A stretch of DNA of 63,579 bases, the filler included, from Thraustochytrium aureum (taxonomy: Eukaryota), in the NCBI GenBank assembly GCA_012862495.1. It is 6 parts of 5 records of this genome, joined end to end, with 100 filler letters (N's around TTAATTAATTAA, not from the genome) between each part and the next. Parts side by side here need not be neighbours in the genome. Positions count along the whole stretch, not along the records: positions 55,467 to 60,679 come from BLSG01000166.1; positions 60,780 to 62,193 come from BLSG01000177.1; positions 62,294 to 63,579 come from BLSG01000178.1; 3 more parts are not named here. One strand, given 5' to 3'. Every line of letters begins with the position of its first letter. The stretch's first letter is position 1. The position numbers and the translations under genes were made by a program. The notes below the pieces were generated by a model. That model worked only from the letters and a program-made list of their open reading frames with translations, made no database searches and was not told the DNA's origin. This document shows, piece after piece, positions 58,485-63,579 of this stretch.

Positions 58485-59790
58485 CCTGGCTCCCAGGCCG
58501 TCCGAGCCCGCGCAGCGACACAGCAGGCCGCGAGGTCGCGGGCGCCTTGAGCCGAGTCTGCGCGTCCAGGCGTCCGCGCGCGCGAAGAGAGAGAGACCAG
58601 GAGGCCTTGGGCTGACTTGTTGCCCCCAGCGTCTGCTCGGCCACACGCCAGCTCGTGCCGTCCGATGGTGTCTCGCGTTCGGCGTCTGCCGGCGGCCTGT
58701 TCCGTCGCGCGCTGGAGAGCAGCTCGAGAGCGTCTGAGCTGCGGCTTCGGCTCGTGCTTGTGCAACAAACACANNNNNNNNNNNNNNNNNNNNNNNNNNN
58801 NNNNNNNNNNNNNNNNNNNNNNNNNNNNNNNNNNNNNNNNNNNNNNNNNNNNNNNNNNNNNNNNNNNNNNNNNNNNNNNNNNNNNNNNNNNNNNNNNNNN
58901 NNNNNNNNNNNNNNNNNNNNNNNNNNNNNNNNNNNNNNNNNNNNNNNNNNNNNNNNNNNNNNNNNNNNNNNNNNNNNNNNNNNNNNNNNNNNNNNNNNNN
59001 NNNNNNNNNNNNNNNNNNNNNNNNNNNNNNNNNNNNNNNNNNNNNNNNNNNNNNNNNNNNNNNNNNNNNNNNNNNNNNNNNNNNNNNNNNNNNNNNNNNN
59101 NNNNNNNNNNNNNNNNNNNNNNNNNNNNNNNNNNNNNNNNNNNNNNNNNNNNNNNNNNNNNNNNNNNNNNNNNNNNNNNNNNNNNNNNNNNNNNNNNNNN
59201 NNNNNNNNNNNNNNNNNNNNNNNNNNNNNNNNNNNNNNNNNNNNNNNNNNNNNNNNNNNNNNNNNNNNNNNNNNNNNNNNNNNNNNNNNNNNNNNNNNNN
59301 NNNNNNNNNNNNNNNNNNNNNNNNNNNNNNNNNNNNNNNNNNNNNNNNNNNNNNNNNNNNNNNNNNNNNNNNNNNNNNNNNNNNNNNNNNNNNNNNNNNN
59401 NNNNNNNNNNNNNNNNNNNNNNNNNNNNNNNNNNNNNNNNNNNNNNNNNNNNNNNNNNNNNNNNNNNNNNNNNNNNNNNNNNNNNNNNNNNNNNNNNNNN
59501 NNNNNNNNNNNNGGTGGCTCTTCCAGGAGGCGACCTGCAAAGGAGTCCGAGTCGAAGCGCGCCGTGCTCGGCTGCGCAGGCATGCTGGGCACGAACTGCG
59601 TCCTACCCGTCGGCCGCCTTGCGTGTTCCTTTTGTGGTCTTGAGACACACACGTGAGTAGAGTACGAGCGAGCGTGCGTGCGCACGCCCCTCCAGTGCCC
59701 GCAGAAGAGCGGCGCGAACCAAAGCGCCAAGCAAGGCACGGCAGGCGGTCACGCGAGCGACCTTCGGCACTTGCGCGGCTCGAGGCCAGG

Positions 59791-60679
59791 ATGGCCGACC
59801 TGCACGAGCTTGTCAGGCGAGGGGCTGGGAAGCGGCTCGAGGAAGCGCTGCGCAGCGGCACCAACCTCAACAAGCGCAACGAGGACAACTTGACGCCACT
59901 CATGTTGGCCGCTAAACTCGGCAACGAGCGCGCGATCAAGGCACTTCTCGTGCATGGCGCTGACCCGCGCACACCAACGACCAGGGCGAGAACGCCCTGG
60001 TGCTGGCCCTCAAGACCTCAAACCGCGAAGCCGTGCGCCTCTTGGCCCTCGTGAGCGGGTTTGGCCCCGCCGACGAGCTGCACGTCGCCGTCATGATCAA
60101 CGACGAGCGCAAAGCCCGCGAAATCCTGGAGGGCGCGAGGGGCGTGAGTGAGATGATAGAGTCGCGTGGGAGCATGGGCGAGACGCCCCTTCTCCTCGCT
60201 CTTCAGCTGGGCTGCCTAGCGGTTGCAAAAGTGCTGATTGAGATGGGCGCCAACCTGAACGAGACGAACGCGGCGGGCCAGACCCCTCTGACGATGTGCG
60301 CGCTGCGAATGTCCGAGACGAACGCGGAGCTCCTCGAGGCGCGCGACAAGGGCGTCGCTGTCCCGAGCGTCATGGAGCGCACGCCTCCGCTCGAGTGGCT
60401 GTTGGAGGCGGGCGCCGACGCTGAAAAGCAGGATGCGGCGGGGCACCTGCCGCTCGTCGAGGCCTGCTTCACCGGCAACGTTGAGGGCGTTCGCGCCCTC
60501 TTGGCAGGCGGCGCCAACCCCAACTCTCAGGACGCCTGGGGCGCCACCCCTCTCGTGACCGTGTGCGGCCAGTACGTTACGTTTGCGCCAATCCGCGCCG
60601 CGCCAGACCACCACTCCCACCTGGTGGCCGAGCCCACCTTTGGAGAAGTCGAGGCCATCGTGCGTATGCTGGTGGAAGC
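59791..60679 (+). CDS. Ankyrin-repeat protein (3' partial)
   Basis: LTPLMLAA, ALLVHGAD, GETPLLLA, LIEMGANLN, GQTPL, LLEAGAD, GATPL; indel near 59975. Confidence 0.88.
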
Positions 60680-60779
60680 NNNNNNNNNNNNNNNNNNNNN
60701 NNNNNNNNNNNNNNNNNNNNNNNTTAATTAATTAANNNNNNNNNNNNNNNNNNNNNNNNNNNNNNNNNNNNNNNNNNNN

Positions 60780-61234
60780 TCCGCTCTCGCGCGCTAGGCG
60801 CCGCCGCGGCGGCCAGGGCTGGCGCGGCGAGGCCCGCGGCGGTGCAGCTGGCTGTGAACCAGGGGACGAGGTGGGGCGGCGTGCGCGGGCTGTCCGGGGC
60901 GAAGAAGACCGTCAGGCTCACCTTTGTTGACGCGGACGGAGACAGCGAGACGATCAACGCCGAAGTGGGGTCCTCCATGCTCGACGTTGCGCACGACAAC
61001 GACATCGAGGTCGAGGGAGCCTGCGGCGGCGAGATGGCTTGCAGCACGTGCCACATGATCTTTGACGAGGCGACGTACGCTTCGCTGCCTGAGAAAGAGG
61101 AGGAGGAGGAAGACATGCTCGACCTCGCGCTGGGGCTGACTGACACGTCGCGGCTTGGATGCCAAGTGATCGTTACAGAGGCAATGGACGGCATCACCAT
61201 CAAGCTCCCGGCAGAGACCTCTAGCATGCTGTAA
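60780..61234 (+). CDS. Adrenodoxin-type mitochondrial [2Fe-2S] ferredoxin (5' end uncertain)
   Basis: EGACGGEMACSTCH, EEDMLDLA and SRLGCQ; Ala/Arg-rich transit-like N-terminus. Confidence 0.93.
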
Positions 61235-61413
61235 ACTCTAGAGCTAGCTCTGGAGTGGGGCAGCAAGGCCAGGAGCTCGCGCGCTTTTGCGGATGTTAGA
61301 ATCAATCGCACACAAGCCAGTCATGATCATTTTCAGTTGAAACTTGCAATCAAAATAGGATAGGTGTGGGCGCCCCGGGTGGAGAGCTCTCTCGCAGGAT
61401 TGACAAGGCAAAC

Positions 61414-62193
61414 CTAGACGCGCTTGAGCACCTTTGCCCACACACCGCACGGGCCCGTAGGGTGCCCGTCGAGCAGCGCGTCGAGGTCGGTCTCTCGGAC
61501 AACCACGTCGCCAGAGAGAGACCTTGGCACAAGGCTGCGAAGGAGGCGCTCGTCCAGACTCTCGCTGTCGGAGGCCCCAGAGCCGCCCAGAGCCAACGCG
61601 AGGTGCCGCTGCGCCTCCTTCACGGCCCCTCCCTGTGCGTCAACCTTTGCTAGGTACTGCTTCCAGGCCTCCTGCTTCTCCGTCTTCACCCTCTTCTCAA
61701 CAGAGCCCGCCTCCGTCTTCTCCTGCTTGAGCAGGTTGCGCTTTCGCGAGCCCTCAGTGGTCGTGTCAGGTTTTTTGCTGTTGCTTCTTGGCCTTTTCGT
61801 TCTTCTTCTCGTTCATCAGCTCGAAAAGGTACTCGAGGTCGCGCTCTTTCTCGCGCAACTCGGCCTTTATCTCGTTGCCACGGCGCTCGGCCTCGGCCTG
61901 GTCCGCGAGCGTGAGCTGGGCGGGCTTGGCCGCGGCGGCACCCGCACTCCCAGCGCCATTGGAGGGGCGCAACGGGCGGCGTCTGTGCTCCCCTTCTTCG
62001 CGATGCCTGCAGAGCCCGACGAGCTCGACCACGGTGTCCTCGAGCAGCTGATTCAAAGCGTGCGCGAGGTACTTTGAGCAGTCGGGCTTGCTTCCGGGCG
62101 CTTGCACAAGGTCCCCCAGCTCCTCTCTGATCCCATGCGAGATGCAAAAGTCGATCCGCTCGTTGACGAGAGGGCACGTCATCTCCTTTGCGG
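61414..62193 (-). CDS. Hypothetical protein (5' partial, frameshifted), weak TAF4-like histone-fold resemblance
   Basis: ORFs 61766-62182 and 61414-61689 read as one helical/coiled-coil protein; SKYLAHALNQLLEDTVVELVGLCRHR and a C-terminal VRETDLDALLD. Confidence 0.45.
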
Positions 62194-62293
62194 NNNNNNN
62201 NNNNNNNNNNNNNNNNNNNNNNNNNNNNNNNNNNNNNTTAATTAATTAANNNNNNNNNNNNNNNNNNNNNNNNNNNNNNNNNNNNNNNNNNNN

Positions 62294-62955
62294 TGGAGCT
62301 GAAGACGGCGCAGAAGACGGCGCAGACGATGGGTTGAAGACGGTGCCGACGATGGGACCGATGAGCATGAGTCACTGACTTTCAATGCTGTACTCTGGAA
62401 GGCATCATCATTCTCATCATCACCGTTCTTCTTCTTTTCAAATTTGAGCCACACGCATTCTGTGCCAGAAGGCAGATAGTCGTCCGCTTTGCCACCCAAC
62501 AAATTCGAGTCGCAGTTTTCCGTCGTCGGGAAAGAACCGGCCACTTTGTAGAAGACATTATTTTGATTGTCTGAGACGGCATTTGAGTGAGTGTCGATAA
62601 ACCGTGCCGTGCCGCAAAAGTCCATCTTGATGAACATGTAGCCAACATCATTGACGCTGTCCGTGCAGTCGAACTGAAACAGGTCCTCCTTGCTGTAGTC
62701 CACTTGCGATGTCCAAGCGTCATCCCAGGCATCAGCGATTGTAGTCGCCAAATTAGCCTTCTTAATGCCGTTGATACTGTCGAATTGTGTGACTGTCAAG
62801 GTGCCACTGCAGAACACAACGATATCAACTTTCTCGCAATCGCACGGCAGCAAAATATTGCCTTGCCCTGCGCTGCCCCCACCCTCTTGAGAACCGTTTG
62901 CGACGCCTGCCAGCACAAGGCCCAATAACGCAAGAGCAACGACGGGGAATCGCAT
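62294..62955 (-). CDS. Secreted Cys-containing protein with a PSSAPS repeat stalk (3' partial)
   Basis: Signal peptide MRFPVVALALLGLVLAGVANG (ATG 62955), a globular region with several Cys, then SSVPSSAPSS repeats running into the linker. Confidence 0.7.
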
Positions 62956-63579
62956 GTTGCCTGTGCTCGAGGACTGCACAGAGATGCAGGTCTGCTGTCT
63001 TCTCGCTCCCTGTCTCGCAGCGCGTGATAGGGGTTTGCTGGAGACGTCTTCGCCAAGCGCGACAGCCACCGAATGTTGCCACGTCGGCTTTCCAAGGCTT
63101 GTAGAAGTAAAGCACAGCCACATGTCGCCTTCACAAACAGCATCGCTTGTGCAAAGTAGGGATGCGTCTACAGTAAAGGTGGCTCTCTAGCTGTTGCAAA
63201 AACGATGCCTTCTCGGCAGCGAGAGCCAAAAAAAACCGGAGCGTGCTACCAAGAGCGGTCGTGGCGCATGCGCTCAGCAACTCTTACGTTTCATTGACTT
63301 TAAGAGAAACGAAATGTGAGGCTGGAGGTACATGACTTTTCTGTGGGTCTGCCGAACGCAGTTCTCCACGCGGGTCGTTTCAAATGTCAATGTCAACCAA
63401 GCTCGCTCCAAGGCCACATCCCTCTCCTTGCCCTCCAAGCCCGCCAAGGAATCGCGCTTCGGCTTCGGCGTCAACATCACTTGCCAAGCAAACAACAAGC
63501 AAGGAGGATCCGAGCCTCCTTGCAACAAGTAGGGCCAAAACAGCCGATTTTTGAACGCCGATCAAGCCTTGATAAAACT

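Noticed and set aside
63274..63579. Short ORFs at the window end
   Set aside because: No recognisable motif, and the strand cannot be decided from this fragment.

Overview
GC-rich, gene-dense, intron-poor eukaryotic (protist) DNA from a draft assembly. It is probably a flagellated stramenopile such as a thraustochytrid/labyrinthulomycete; this is inferred from GC content, near absence of introns, PT/PS-repeat surface proteins and SPAG1, and is not proven. The window is not one contiguous locus. Five N44-TTAATTAATTAA-N44 linkers join six pieces, there are many internal N gaps, and many genes carry single-base indels best explained as consensus errors. Recognisable genes: BIRC6-type E2, RED/IK-like splicing factor, SDR, importin-5-like, SPAG1, YihQ-like GH31, long-chain acyl-CoA synthetase, RluA, SSRP1, class I PDE, LtrA-like protein, PH-PH-SAM-RCC1 protein, ankyrin protein and adrenodoxin-type ferredoxin. 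The four most interesting items are: (1) a signal-peptide-bearing fusion of a degenerate AdoMet decarboxylase, an aminopropyltransferase and a VHL-beta-like domain, resembling the diatom long-chain-polyamine fusions; (2) next to it, an apparently membrane-anchored phage-type (GH24) lysozyme; (3) a >2,200-aa protein with tandem tetraspanin-like units and a Cys-repeat/lectin-repeat ectodomain; (4) a winged-helix plus CorA-like protein with an archaeal-looking N-terminus. All family assignments come from motif recognition by eye; no database searches were run.
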